Assembly (NCBI RefSeq): GCF_009914755.1
Contig: NC_060939.1
Length of the DNA stretch: 64,000 bases
Direction: 5' to 3' (one strand)
From: the human T2T-CHM13v2.0 reference genome, Homo sapiens
Shown: piece by piece, positions 18,807 through 37,868 of the stretch
Layout: every line of letters begins with the position of its first letter
How positions within the stretch are numbered: the first letter of the stretch is position 1
The notes under the pieces: generated by a model
What the model saw: the letters and a program-made list of their open reading frames with translations, nothing else
What the model was told of the DNA's origin: nothing
The model's database searches: none
Position numbers and translations under genes: made by a program

Positions 18807-19180
18807 TGTATTACTCCTTTCTCACACTACTATAAGGACATACCCAAGACTGGGTAATTTGTAAGAGAAAGAGGTTGAATTGAATCACAGTTAAGGATGG
18901 CTGGGGAGGCCTCAGGAAACTTACAATCACGGGAGAGGGAGAAGCAAACATGTCCTTTATAGGGCAGCAGGAAGGAAAAGAACAAGAGCTGAGCAAATGG
19001 GGAAGCCCTTATAAAACCATCAGATCTCCTGAGAACTTACTCATTATCACAAGAATATGATGGGGGAAACCACCCCCATGATTCAATTACCTCCCACCAG
19101 GTCCCTCCCACCACACGTGGAGATTATGGGAACTACAATTCAAGATGAGATTTGGGTGAGAACACAGCCAAACCATACCA
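18807..19180 (-). mobile_element. THE1/MST-family MaLR solo LTR
   Basis: TG...CA ends, typical THE1 sequence (gactgggtaattt...gaggcctcaggaaacttacaatc...gagatttgggtg), 5-bp TSD CTCCC at 18802-18806 and 19181-19185. Confidence 0.88.
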
Positions 19181-20844
19181 CTCCCTAACTGCCCCTTCCC
19201 CCAGACTTGGAGATGCATGGAGAAGTATTTAGAGGTGAAGTGTCTGCAACTTACTTTTTTCAAGAAAAAGAGAGAGATGAAGTCAATGTGGCAAAAAGTT
19301 AGTTAACAGCTGGGAATCTAGGTGAAAGGTATTTAAGTGTTCATTATATTCCTTACACTTTTCTGTAGATCTGAAAATTTTCAAAATTAAAAGTTGGAAG
19401 AAATACCACCACATAAGCAACTCCACCAGGAATAAACTTTATTGTTGCACAACTATACTGTTTTAATAATTATTTAGGTACTCCTTTCCTATCATTGAGG
19501 TCAGGTACTATATTTTATTAGTCATGTCATTCTCAAGATCTAGCAAGAGTATGCTTTCAATAAATACTTGTTGGGGAAATGAATGACAGTAAAAGTAAGC
19601 CTAAACACAGAATTCTCAATCAGCCAGTAAGAATTTTAGTGTCTACAATGTGCAAAGCATTTTCCTACGTGTTCTAGAACCAAAAGGGAATATCAGCCAA
19701 GGGCCCCGAAAAATCTCATGCTGAAAACTAAAACGAAGAAAGTCAGAAATAAACAGAGAGGTGAAGTTGAGAACTCAGTCGTCAAGATTAGGCTTGTAGT
19801 TTCCAGAGTAGGAAGAGATTCTTCAAGATACCTTATTTCCTTATTTCCATTTCTGGAAAATCGTAGACTGAATAAACACAGATGCTCCTTCCCACTAAAA
19901 ACACACAGAAATGCCACACAGAACATACTTAAAACACCACCACTAACAAAATTTGGACAAGGTCAGAGCAGCAAAGTTTTGGCTTGAAGCCATGGTGGTC
20001 CAGAGCAAATATAGGAATTAAGAGCCTCCAGGAAGAAGTAGTGATTTTGTTCCATAGCAACATAGTTAACTGAGACCTGAAGCTAGGACCCTGGAATACG
20101 TGGAGAAAAAGTCAGTAGAAAAACCGAGCCCACCAGCAAGATTAACAACAGGAGGCTTTCTTTTGGATGAGAAAAGAATGTTTCCCCTGACAAACAAAAG
20201 CCCCTGGCCTATACCACACACTTGTGAGGATGCTACATTTTACTACCAATGTGGTGCAGCCAACAATTAACCCCAAAACTGGTCCATGACCAGGGAAACC
20301 TTGCGGCATGCCACAGAAGCATAAATTCCATGATACAGAATGTGATGTCTCACCACAGACGAGGTTATAATAAAAAATTACAAATCACATGTGGAAACAA
20401 TCTGCCACAAGGGAAAATGTAAATGGAAAAGGAGAGGTTAGCACCTAAATAACTTAAGATAATAGTATAATTAATGGAGACTGTAAGATAAAAATTTCAA
20501 ATGTTTTAAAACATGAAACAAAAGACACAAACAGAAACCATAAGGGAAGACTATAATGATCTAAAAAAAAAAAAAAAAGGGTGAATAGATTCTAAGAGAC
20601 ATGTGGGGCACCATCAAGCAGACGAACATATGCATTATGGGAAGCCCAGAAGGGAAAAAGAAAGAGAAAGAGGCAGAAAGAGTATTTGAAAAAATAATGG
20701 CTGAAAATTTTCTGAATTTGATGAAAGAAATAAATCTACACACCTACAAAACTTGATGGATTCCAAGTAAGACAAATTAAAAGAGATCCACATAGAAATA
20801 CATTTATAATCGAACAGTTGAGAGACAAAAAGAGAAAATCTTGA

Positions 20845-21102
<258 letters not shown>

Positions 21103-21221
21103 TAGTAGAGGTGGGGTTTCACCATGTTGACCAGGCTGGTCTCGAACTCCTGACCTCATGATCCGCCTGCCTCGGCCTCCCAAAGTGCTAGGATTACATA
21201 CGTGAGCCACCATGCCTGGCT

Positions 21222-21564
21222 GATTTTAATCTTTTAAAATGTACTGAGACTTGTTTTGTGGCCCAACATGTGTTCTATTCCGGAGAACGTTTTATGTGCA
21301 CTAGAGGACAATGTGTATTCTTTTGTTAGGTGGAATGCTTTTATATGTCTGCTAGATCTAGTTATTGCTTATATGTCTGTTCGATCTGTTATTTCACTAT
21401 TGATCTTTTGCGTAGATGTTCTAGCCATTTTTTGAGTGTAGTTGTGTTGAGGTCTCCAGCTTTTATTATAAAACTATTTCTCCCTTCAATCAGTGTCAGT
21501 ATTTCCTTCATATATTTTGGGACTCTGCTGTTTGGGTGAATATAATGTATATATTACGTTTTTT
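21222..21564 (-). mobile_element. Inverted L1 ORF2 (endonuclease-region) fragment inside the plus-strand L1
   Basis: Reverse complement reads as L1 ORF2 (cccaaaatatatgaag...gctggagacctcaac...ggccacaaaacaagtctc...aaaagattaaaatc). Confidence 0.78.
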
Positions 21565-22925
21565 GATTAACAGCCAATTTCTCATCAGAAATCACAGGGA
21601 TTGGAAGACAGCGAGATAACAAATGTAAAGTATGAAAAAGGCTGGGTGCTATAGCTCACATGTGTAACCCCAGCATTTTGGGAGGCCAGCATGGGCATAC
21701 CTCTTGAGGCCAGGAGTTCGAGACCAGCCTGGCCAACACAGCAAAACCCTGTCTCTACTTAAAAAAAAAAAGTACAAAAGTTAGCCGGGTGTGGTGGTGC
21801 ATGCCTGTAATCCTAGCTACTCAGTAGCTGAGGCATGAGAATCACTTGAACCCAGAAGGCAGAGGTTGCGGTGAGCCAAGATCACACCATGGCACTCCAG
21901 CCTAGGCAACAGAGCAAGACACAGTCTCAAAAAAAATGAAAAATAAAATAAAAAGAAAACCAAGTATAAAGCAAGAATTATATATCTAGCAAAACTGTCC
22001 TTCAGAGATGAGGCAGAAATTAAGACATTCGCAGAGAAACAGCTGAGGCAACTCATTACCATTGACCTACTCTAAAACAGATGCTAAAGAAAGTGCTAGA
22101 GGCTGAAACGAAAGGACATTGAACAGCTGCTCAAAGCCATAGGAAGAAATAAAGACCACTGGTAAATGTCACTATGTAGGCAACTAGAAAAGCCAGCAGT
22201 ATTGTATTTTTGGTTTGTACCTCCACTTTTTATTGCCTACATAATTTAAAAGACAAATGCATAAAAAGCCTATACATCTATATCACTATCTATACAAAAC
22301 ATATGAAGATGTAATGTGTGACAATAATATAAAAGGGGGGTGAAGCTGTATAGATGCAAAAATTCGCATACTACTGCAAATTCAAACTAGATTGTTACAA
22401 ATTGAGGATGTTAAGTATAATTCCTGTGGTAACAACACACAAAATATAAACTAAAAAATACGCACAAAAGGAAATGAGAAGAAATTCAAAACGGTTCACT
22501 ACAAAAGCAACTAAACACAAAAGAAGTTAGGAATGCTGAAAATGAGAGACAAAAAAAGGTATAAGGTAAGCCTAGGCAACAAAATAAGACCTTATCTCTA
22601 TAAAAAATACGAAAAAATCAGCCGGGCATGGTAGCATGTGCCTGCAGCCCAGCTACTTGGGAGACAGAGGTGAGAGGATCACCTGAGCCTGGGGAGGTTG
22701 AGGATGCAGTGAGCCGTGATCGTGCTACTGCCCTCCAGTCTGGGTGAGACAGTGACCCTGTCTCAAAAAAAAAAAAATGGGGTGAAAGACATACAGAAAA
22801 CAAACAGCAAAATGGCAGAAGTCCTTCCTTATCAGTAATTACAATAAATGCAAGTGGATTAAACTCTCCATCAAAAAGAAAAGGTTGACAAAATGGATTT
22901 TTAAAAACTCATGATTGAACTGTAA

Positions 22926-23546
<621 letters not shown>

Positions 23547-24775
23547 CAAGAGACTAACTTTAGATCCAAAGACGCAAATAGATAGAATGGAAAAAGGTAT
23601 TCCATGCAAATGGTAAGTAACCAAGAGAGCTGGGGAGGCTGTACTAACATCAGAAAAAAATAGACTTTAAGTAAAAACTGTCATGAGAGACAAAGGAGCT
23701 ACCAAGGCAGGACAATTGCTTGAACCCGGGAGGTGGAGGTTACAGTGAGCCGAGGCTATGCCATGCACTCCAGCCTGGGTAACAAGTGTTAACAAGAGCG
23801 AATCTTCGTCTCAAAAAAAAAAAAAAAAAAGATTAAAATTATAAAAAGTATTTTCTCCAAACACAATGGAATAAAACTTAAACCAGAAGTAAAACTGGAA
23901 AACTCACACATATATGAAAATTAAACAACATATTCTTAACAAATGGGTCAAGGAAGAAAATGCGAAGAAAATTAGAAAATACTTTGGAACAAATGAAAAT
24001 GAAAACATACAGGAGGCTGAGGCAGGAGGACTGCTTGAGTCTGGGCAAGCAGAGTTTGCAGTGAGCCGAGATCACGCCACTGCATTCCAGCCCAGGCAAC
24101 AACAGAGTAAGAGTCCGTCTCAAAAAAAAAAAAAGAAAAAGAAAAACTGTAACACACCAAAACTTATGGGATGCAGTGGAAGCAGTGCTCAGAGGGAAAC
24201 TGGTGGCTATAAACATATTTAAAAAGAAGAATAATCTCAAATCAATAATCTAATTTTACACCTTGAAGAACCAGAAAAAGAAGTGAAAACTAAACCCAAA
24301 GCTAGCAGAGGGAAGGAAATAATTAAGACTAGAGTGGTGATAAATGAAATAAAAAAAACAAAGAAATAATAAATCAGGAAAATGAAAAATTTGTTCATTT
24401 TTGAATAGATGAACAAAACTAACAAAACTTTAGCTAGACTGACCAAGAAAAAAAAGAGAGATGATATAAATAACTAAAATCAGACATGAAATTTTTACTA
24501 CTGACTTAAAAAAAATAAAAAAGATGATAAGAAAATACTATGAACTGACAAATCAGATAGCCTAGATGAAATGGACAAATTCCAAGGAAAACACAAATTA
24601 CCTAAACTGACTGAAGAAGAAATACAAAATTACAACAGGCTTATAACAAGTGAAAAGATTGAATAAAAAATCTCCCAACAATAGGCCGGACATGGTGGCT
24701 CACGCCTGTAATCCCAGCACTTTGGGAGGCTGAGGTGGGAGGACTGCCTGAGGTGAGGAATTCGAGACCAGCCTA

Positions 24776-25015
<240 letters not shown>

Positions 25016-25201
25016 TCACAAGTGAATTCCACAAAATTTATTTATCTGTTTATTTAGAGACAGAGTCTCTGTCACCCAGGCTGGAGTGAAGTGGCACGAT
25101 CTTGGCTCACTATAACTTCCGCCTCCCAGGTTCAAGCGATCCTCATGTCTCAGCCTCCTGAGTAGCTGGGACTATAGGTGTGTCCCACCATGCCCAGCTA
25201 A

Positions 25202-25348
<147 letters not shown>

Positions 25349-27282
25349 TAAAAAAGAATTAATACCAATTCTTCTCAAAATCTTCCAAAACAATACAGTA
25401 TTTTTATAGGGAATATTATATAGGGAATATTTCCTAACATATTCTATGACACCTACTCCACTATCAAAGCCAGACAGATAATCACAAGAAAAGAAAATTA
25501 TCTTCTATGAATATGGATGCAAAATCTCAGCAAACTGTTAGCAAACCAAGTCCAAAAACATATTAAAAGAATTATACTGACCAAGTAGGATTTATCTCAC
25601 TTTTATCCCAGGAATGTAAAAGTTGTTCAACAGAAGAAAATTAATCAAATAATTGATAGAACAAACAAAAAAGATGATTAGCACAGTTGATACAAAAAAG
25701 GGCATTTGAAAAAATCCAATACACCTTCATAATATAAATACTTAGAAAACTAGGAAGAGAAGGAAAATTTCTCAACATGATAAAGGGCATTTATTTAAAA
25801 AGCCTCACAATATCATACTCAAAGGTGAAAGACTGAAAGCTTTTCTCCTCTGATCAAGAAAAAGACAATGATCTCTGCTATCACCACTGTGATTTAACAT
25901 TGTACTAAAAATTCTAGACAGAGCAATTAGTCTAAAAGAAACAAAAGGCATCCAAATTGGAGAGAGAGAAATAAAGCTGCATCACTCATAGATTATATGA
26001 TCCTATTTACAGAAAATTGCAAGGAATCCACATGAAAGCTACTAGAGCTAATAAATGAATTCAGAAGAGTTTTAGAGTATAAGATCCACATGCATAAAGC
26101 AGTTGTGTTTATGTACACAACAGCAATAAAGTAATTGAAAAGGAAATTAAACAATTCCATTTACAATAGCATCTAAAAGAATAAGATGCCCAGATATAAA
26201 TTTCAGCAAAAAGGTAAAAGACTGTACATTGAAAACTACAAACAGTATCAAGAAAGTGAAAAGGCAAATGTTCACTACAGATGAAAACAATTCAAGTGTC
26301 CAACAGATGAACGGGTAAACAAAACATGGTCTATCCACACAATGTAATCTTATTTGGCCACAAAAAGGAATGAAGTACTGATACACGCCACAACGTGGAT
26401 AAACCTTGAAAACATGCTAAGTGTAGGAAGACAATCACAAAGACCACATATTATATGATTTCATTGATATGACATACCACATATAGGCACATCCACTGAG
26501 ACAAGAAGTAAATTCGTGGCTGCTAGAGGAAGGGGGAAATGGGGAGTGACTGCTATCGAACACAGCTTTCTTTTTGGGGTGATGAAAATTTTCTGGAATT
26601 AGACAGTGGTGAGGCAGACGCACAAAACCCACTGAACTCTATACTTTATAAAGGTGTTCCAGGTGCACTGGCACACACCTATAATCCCAGCTACTCAGCA
26701 GACTGAGGCAGGAGGACTGGAGTTCCAGACCAGCCTGGGCATAGCAAGATTCTGCGGGGAAAAAAAATAAAATAAAATAAAATAAAATAAATATATATAT
26801 GTATATCTAAAAGGGTGAACTTTATATCTTAATAAAACTTATTTTTTTAATTCCATGATAGACAGAGGCTGTCACTATGTCCTGTTTCCATGCAATAATA
26901 ATGACATGTACTTAACCATTTATTTAAAACTCAATCTTTTGACTATAAAAGAGTCTCACTCCATTGGTGGTTCTTCAAAGACATGTTGAAAATCACTGCT
27001 TTAGATCAAACTTCCATTTGGACAGATGTATCAACAAATGCCAAACCCCTAAAAGGACTGGAGCTCAACCTCCATGCACGGAGGATATACACAAGAAAAG
27101 AAATTCCATGAAGCGTTACAGGACAGCTGAAAATAGAAATGCATTAGCAATTTATTTTAAAAATCACCTTATACAACAAGAAACCTTACACAAGTATAGT
27201 AGTAATGGGTGTGTTGCACAAAAATGAAAGTCGCTTTTTTAATTAAGAAACTAAGGAATGTCTTTAATTTCAGCGTTGTTAC

Positions 27283-31040
<3,758 letters not shown>

Positions 31041-31175
31041 GCAAATCGTTCTCCAAGGAATACATTTAGCACTGCTACCACCAAAACAAGTAGAATATCA
31101 AGGATAAGATAGAAACAGTTAAAGTAACAAATTGTCCAACATCACTGGAAAGTGTTCTACTACTTTCGGAAACAT

Positions 31176-31370
31176 CAGGGATTCTCAATCAGGAGTTATT
31201 TTGCCCCACAGTAGAACTTTCTTGGTTGTCACAACTGGAAGAGAGTCTATCGGTATTGGGAGGGTAGAGGCCAGGGATGCCGCTAACACTGCATACGACG
31301 CACAGGACAGCACCACAACAGAAAATTATCTGGCCCAAAATGTCAGTTGTGCCAAGGCTGAGATACCTAA
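31176..31370. mobile_element. MER20 element
   Basis: ttggttgtcacaactgg...gtagaggccagggatgc...aattatctggcccaaaatgtca...gccaaggctgaga. Confidence 0.8.
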
Positions 31371-34300
31371 CTACCACAGGCAGAAATATCCTTTTTCTTT
31401 TTGGTAAATATTAGTAGAATGGAAGATAAGCCACTGAGTCAATCACATTCTGAGTAGTTTTAAAAGACTACAAAACTTTAAAAGGGTGACTCTGGAGGAT
31501 TATTCCAAAAGAATATGATTTATTTAAAGTAGTCTGCATAAAACAGCAACATTAAGGGAAAAAAAAGCTGTCACACTGTTCTAGCTAAACTCCTAGGGAT
31601 TTAATATTGCTTCAAGAAGTAAGCTTTAAAAAGAAAATTTTCTTTCTGTAAGTTTTAAGGACTAAATCCAATAAGGACACCAATTTGAAACCAGAGACCT
31701 GAACAATGATCACATTCTCTAACAGTTATTCATAATCTAGCCACTATAAATGCTAAAGCTATTTTATATATATATATAACATATATATGTATTATAAACA
31801 CGAAAAAAGGGCAAATCCTCTGGAAACTGAAAAAACAAACATTTTTAAATTCATGCCTTCTGCTCAGTCTATAAGATTTTGGTTTTTAAACGCTCATCAA
31901 AAGTAGTTTCTGAGAACCAGAGGTTAAAAAAAACACACAAGGAATGTAAAAGTCAGGAAAGTATTTGTCAGATTAGTGTCAGAGACCTTTGTGAGGATGA
32001 CGCCTTTATCCTCTGCATACATATCCTTACAGCAGTTCACTTGGCTTCAGAATTAGAGCTGGTGAAGATAATTTGGTATGTTTTCTACCTTTTTTGTACA
32101 CTGCAATTATCAATTGTTTACTGTGAGCTTGCTCTGCTCTGTGCAGCATACCATGTTAGGGCAACTGCAAATATTACTTAAATGATTACAACAGCATCTT
32201 CCTTTTCCTTTCTTATTTACCAAGATTAAAATGATGATTTTTTTAAAGATTTAATGAAGAGTCTGGGCACTGTAAACTCTCAAAAGTATTAAAATAGTCT
32301 TGACTGACAATGAAAACTTAATTTGGGAGGATTTTTATGATTTCTTTTAAAACATCTCAATAATCATAGCTGTTTTTAAATCCAAGTAGGATCCTCAACA
32401 AAATGCCTGACTTAACATTCTTTTTCATATAAATGGTAATTATCAGTTTAAATGCTTTAAATAATCAATTCTAACTGAGCAACCTTGTTCATGAGAGATA
32501 AAAATCATCTCTCAAAACTGCAGTCAAGAATATCGTGGTTTTCAAAAAGGTAACCTCAAATGTATTTTATTTATTAATTAAAATACTCCCTTAGCCTAAA
32601 ACCCTGCTTAAAAGATTTGTTGCTTCCTATTATTTTAAATTGCTCTGGACTTCATCAATAGACCCAGCTGTTAAATTTGGGAGCAATGACAACAAATCCC
32701 AGAGCAAACGACCACTGAGAGTGAGATCCTTTCTTTAGAATAATCAGAGATAGTTGACAAAAAGGAGCCATACCAAATACCCTTTCAAAATTCCATTAAG
32801 AATCTGGACATAAATAAAACAAAATAAAATAAGTACATTTTTATACATCTTAAAGAAAATTCTAATTCTACCCCTCACTGGACCATGCTTTGCTAAAAAA
32901 AAAAAAAAAAAAAAAAATTCCACCAACTTTGAAAAAAAGTGAGATAATGTTACAGGTTGCTGAAAATGAGAAATGATCCTCACTAATCTAGTGCAAAGTG
33001 AGAAAAACTGGTTCCATTACCCAGAGATTATCAGGCACCTGATAAACAGACTTTAAGTAGACAGACTTTAAGAACCAAATGTCATTCTAAAAAAGCCTGT
33101 AGAACTATATATGCAATTTCTACTTCCTTCACTTGACTTATGTAATATTGAGAGCCAATTTTAAGTTAAACATAACTTCTGAAACACACCTCCTCTTTTT
33201 AAAGGCGAATTTTTTTGGATCCCAGAAAACATCAACTGAACCTTATCTACAGTGTTGGCAGATTGGTTTCTCTACATACCTCAGTTCTGTTGGTTTGAGT
33301 TTTCCAAAATCAAATGACTTTTACTCATGTTTTAGCATTCTTGAATTAGGCCAGGTAACTGCTCACAGCTTGACTTCAAGTGAATAGGCACGCAGGTAAG
33401 AGACTCAGTCCTTTCCAGTGCCTACAGCTCTCAATAAAACAGTGACCGTGTAGCAAAGTCTTGCCTATTTCAGGTCCAGGATCATTAATAAAATCCAAAA
33501 TCTAGCATATAGTCTCACAGTTCTTAGGTTCTCTTTTCAATGTATCACTTCCCCCTCTTTTTTTTTTTAACATGACTCTTTATAAATGTTTTTAATATAT
33601 TTTTAACTTCACATTTCAAAGACTTGGTATTATAATTTATGCATTACTTTTTAATACGCAAGCCTCACCCAAAGAACAGTTTTTCATGAATCCCACATAA
33701 ACCCTCAAATTTCATCTTAACTTAAATTGATGTATGTTTTTATTAATAAAAAACCTATACCCTTTTAATGGAAACAACTACTACTACTTAAAAAGTTATA
33801 GAAATGCACCCCCAAACAACCTTACCAAAGGCAAACTCAACCTCAAAATTTTGGTTAAAAAATCATAAAGTTACAATAATTCCTATGCTCTTCCAGCTAC
33901 AAAGGGTCACATAAAAAATTATTTTTTACCCAAGTGAACAGTCCTGGAAAATCAAAGAAATATAAGCTAGCTTTATGTTCTTTTTCCCTCTATCCTAAGA
34001 CTTCAGTTTCCACCTTTTATGGAAAGGAAATAAACAACTAGCTTCCTGTTCAATCACTAGCTTACAGCCAGTCTTTTACACATCACAGAACACAACCCGC
34101 CTCCTCCTTTACTTCTCTCAAATGTCTCTTAATTTAAACTTGTTGAAACGTGAGACCATTTTACCACACTAATGCTTTCCTACGAAATTTATCTTACCTA
34201 TTTCAACATTAAGAATACAAGAAAAGTCAAGATAACCATAGATCATTTCTTATTCCTAAAATATTTAAATTTAGATAACAAAGACTTAGTACCCATGAAA

Positions 34301-35150
34301 GTGAAAACTTGATTTGCTAAATTCAAAAATACTGAAATTTATAGGAAATGGTTTAACCTTCTGTTCTTGCTATTGTACACAGCTAGAAAAAGGGCATCCC
34401 ATGTCACTCCTCTTTCTATTCCAATTACATGAAAATGTAAGGCCGCTAACACGGCTATTAATAAAAAGGATTATCTTTTTTTAAAGCTAAATATTACTTT
34501 AACCCTATACTTTCTTTTAAAAATGGGATGCCTTAGCAAAACTAAGTTAGATGAATTCTTTTGTGCTTGAATGAACAACAGGAAAGCAAAGCCTCCAGGC
34601 CTTTGGGGAGGAACCTTGTCCCTGCAGCCCTGCTCTGATGTGCTTGGGAGATAAGGCTCCATAGTGACACTTAAGGAAAGGCCTGTTCACATTTGAATTT
34701 CTGCATTCCTCAAGAACAATTCATGGCAATAACTAACTTTGCAGAAGAGCTACATGAAAGCTTTGGCCAATGAATGAGGGTCATCTGCTCTTTATCACAA
34801 GGGTAAACCTCATCCTGGCCAGTTTCTAACCTTTTAACCCTGTGAATTCCTAATTTACACATGAATAATGGAATTCTTGCCTAGAGTGCAACTTTCAGCT
34901 TCTAGTTCCTAAGTTTAGAGACCAAGACTTGATTGCCTGTGTGTTAAAAATCTAAAACTTGCACAGATTGAAGTTTTAGATTTCCAGGTGCTGTACTATT
35001 GTGCTTCTGTACAACCAAAAAAATATGCTTACTGACAAAATCCTTGACTAAGAAAAAAAACACACTTGTACCCTGCTGCTATCAATACCTAAAAGAGAAC
35101 TAGCTTTAAAAACAAGGGGGAAAAGAAAACCAGAATGTCCACTTAATGCC

Positions 35151-35153
<3 letters not shown>

Positions 35154-35222
<69 letters not shown>

Positions 35223-35239
35223 CACACACACTCTTCCTG

Positions 35240-35282
<43 letters not shown>
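35154..35282. repeat. Compound microsatellite (CT)n(AT)n(AC)n followed by a second (AT)n
   Basis: Directly visible. Confidence 0.95.
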
Positions 35283-35285
<3 letters not shown>

Positions 35286-35899
35286 CTCTGAACACAGGAT
35301 AAAGGGATTTGAGCCTCCATCATCTAAATTTATTGCTTAGATATCAGAACTTTAATTTTAAAAATACATAAAATATAAAAACTTCACAACTGTCTGCAAA
35401 ATCATTCACATGTAATTATTTATTATTAGTGATAATTTCTATAGAGATGCAAAAATCTAAAGATATTTAAAAAGCCAGTTCTGACATTTTGTTTGTTACA
35501 CCTATCACACACCATTCACATTTTATTTATAAAGTTAGAAAGCTCTGTGTTTTTCCAAAAGTGTTTCTGGAAGCCCTAGGATTCTATCAGGCTTCTCAGG
35601 AGGTCCTGGAAACAATGTGTGGTCATGACAAATGCTTCATCTTCTCATGGCCTATCTGGCCACCTCCACTATGTACTCCCTATCCCTGAAAGATAAGATA
35701 AGTTACAGTTCCTGAAGATGAAAACACAGGATTCTACAAACTCCAAAAGGTGGGAAAATAACAACTCTATAGAACAAGTTTACATTGGACAAAAACTGAA
35801 TGAACAGAATATAAGCATAAAAAGCACACTATCTTTAAAACAGTACTATACAGAAAAACCATTACTCCATGAAAAAAATAATTATTGGCCAATGATTAC

Positions 35900-36162
35900 G
35901 GGGGAAGGAGGGAAGGAAGGCATGCAGGCAGGCAGAGGGAGGGAAGAGACAGGAAGAAGAGAGGGAGGGAGGGGGAGGAAGGTAGGGAGGAAGGAAGGAA
36001 GGAAGGGAGAGAAACAAGGAGGGAGAATGGTAGGCAGAGGAGGGGAGGGAAGGAAGGGACAGGAGGAAAAGACAGAGGAAGGAAGGGGGAAGGGAAGGGG
36101 GAGGGAGAAAGGAAGGAAGTAGGAAGGGAGGGAGAGGGAGGGGAGAGAGAGGAAGGAAGAAA
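35900..36162. repeat. GA-rich (polypurine) low-complexity tract
   Basis: GGAA/GGGA repeats over ~260 nt. Confidence 0.9.
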
Positions 36163-37565
36163 TGAAAAATCAGAAATCCTCTCAGGTTTATGCTGGTCTT
36201 TGGCAGGGGTAGGAGTGTGGCTAGAACTGCAAACCTCTGATTTTCTGATGTATCAATATAGAAATATCTTTGCTTGCAATTTATTTTCTACAATTAATCC
36301 TTATTGCAGAATAAAATAGTTAATATAAGGATGGCATAAATGGACCATGAACAGTAAAGTCACCTAGGAAATTCCTGCCAATAGCTTCCTAAATTTCAAT
36401 TGTATAGAACTTGAAACTACTATTTCCTAAATATTATGGTGGTTTTGTATTTTTTTTTTTTTCCTTAAAGAGATGGAGTCTCACTATTTCCCAGGCTGGA
36501 CTCAAACTCCAGGGCTCAAGGAATCTTCCTGCTTCAGCCTCCTCAATAGCTGGGATTACAGGCTAGCCACCAGCCCAGCTAAGATTATGCCTTTATCTCA
36601 AGAATGCCATCTACCTATTGCTCAACTTGTAAATGATCAATTTGTAGGTATAGTGCAAAATCTATGCTTTGTGGATTAACAAAAAGCATGCAGGTCAAAT
36701 GCCTTAAAACTTTTAAGATTCAATTTTGGTTTTCGAGATTTAGTCTGTTAATCTTGAGAGCTGCGTGTTTCATCACCTGAAAAAGATGTAAAGCCTCAGT
36801 GGGCATAAGGAGTTCAGTACTTGTCCTAGGCCTATCTTTACACGCAACAGTTACAGGTCAACCACCAAGCAATGGATCACTTGGACAAATGGTTGATCTG
36901 ATGGGGATGTTAATACAAAAGAAATCATTAGATAGCACACTTTATGACAAAAGGGAAAAAGTGAGCAGATATGGGTTTAAGTCCATTAGGCATAATATGG
37001 AAATGGCCTTAATCTCTTTCCCTCCCAGCAGGAAAAGACTAGGAATACTTCAAAGGCTTAAGAGTGACTGACCAATGCCCTCTCGTACAATTAAAAGGCA
37101 ACATGGGTGATCTAAAAGCAGTCAGAGAAATGGAAGCCTGTGCTATAAGAAAGATTTAGCACTCAAGAACCATCTGCAAAGCAGAACAATTTGCTTGTGA
37201 TTGTTTTCATTAATTACTAATTTCCATAAGATTAAATTTTAGAACAACTTTTGTTGCGTTGGCCAAACTTCTACATCCAACTCTTCATACTTCGTGAAAT
37301 GCTTAAAATTTTTATAAAGCCACCTCTACAGGTTTCATTTTACTTGGTGTTCTAAACCTAATTTGACTTCTGTTCTCAATTACTCATTTGAATTTATATA
37401 CGTATTTTTTTCAGATTTCTCTATATGCCTCAGTTAGCATCAACTATTATCTCCAGTAAAATTCTTAATGCATGCATGATTCGGGGGATTATTATATTAA
37501 TAAAACAAGAAATCATCAAAATGTAGCAATGAAAAATGTCAACAACTAAAAACTTAAACACTTAC

Positions 37566-37868
37566 TTGATAAGGCAAGATGAGCTTTTTGACTAAGAATG
37601 GCTCCATATTTGTTCATTGCCAAGCACTGATAAAATCCTTCATCGGACTGCTCTCCTCGCCTGCCTTCCACCTCACTGATGTATAAAGAGCCGTTAGAAA
37701 GAACCTCGATCCGTTTATTTTCAGACATTTTTGCTCCATTTTTCAACCATGTGACCTTAATAGGAACTTCTCCGTGAGCCTGGCAATCTAAAACGACTGG
37801 GTCCTTTCTTGTGACAGTTACATCCTGTGGTTCTTTTACAAAAGACAGTTCGCTAAAGCACCACACTC
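37566..37868 (-). CDS. PRTG: Protogenin coding exon 2, first Ig-like domain ([19 protein letters not shown]...LDCQAHG...VTWLKNG...[26 protein letters not shown])
   Basis: Polypyrimidine tract plus acceptor TTTTTTTCCTTATAG|GA, donor TCAA|GTAAGT. 303-nt symmetric phase 1-1 exon in frame with exon 1. Canonical Ig motifs (C, W, DxGxYxC). Confidence 0.97.

Noticed and set aside
35718-36319. 134-aa and 144-aa G/E/R/K-rich ORFs
   Set aside because: Arise from the GA-rich low-complexity tract.
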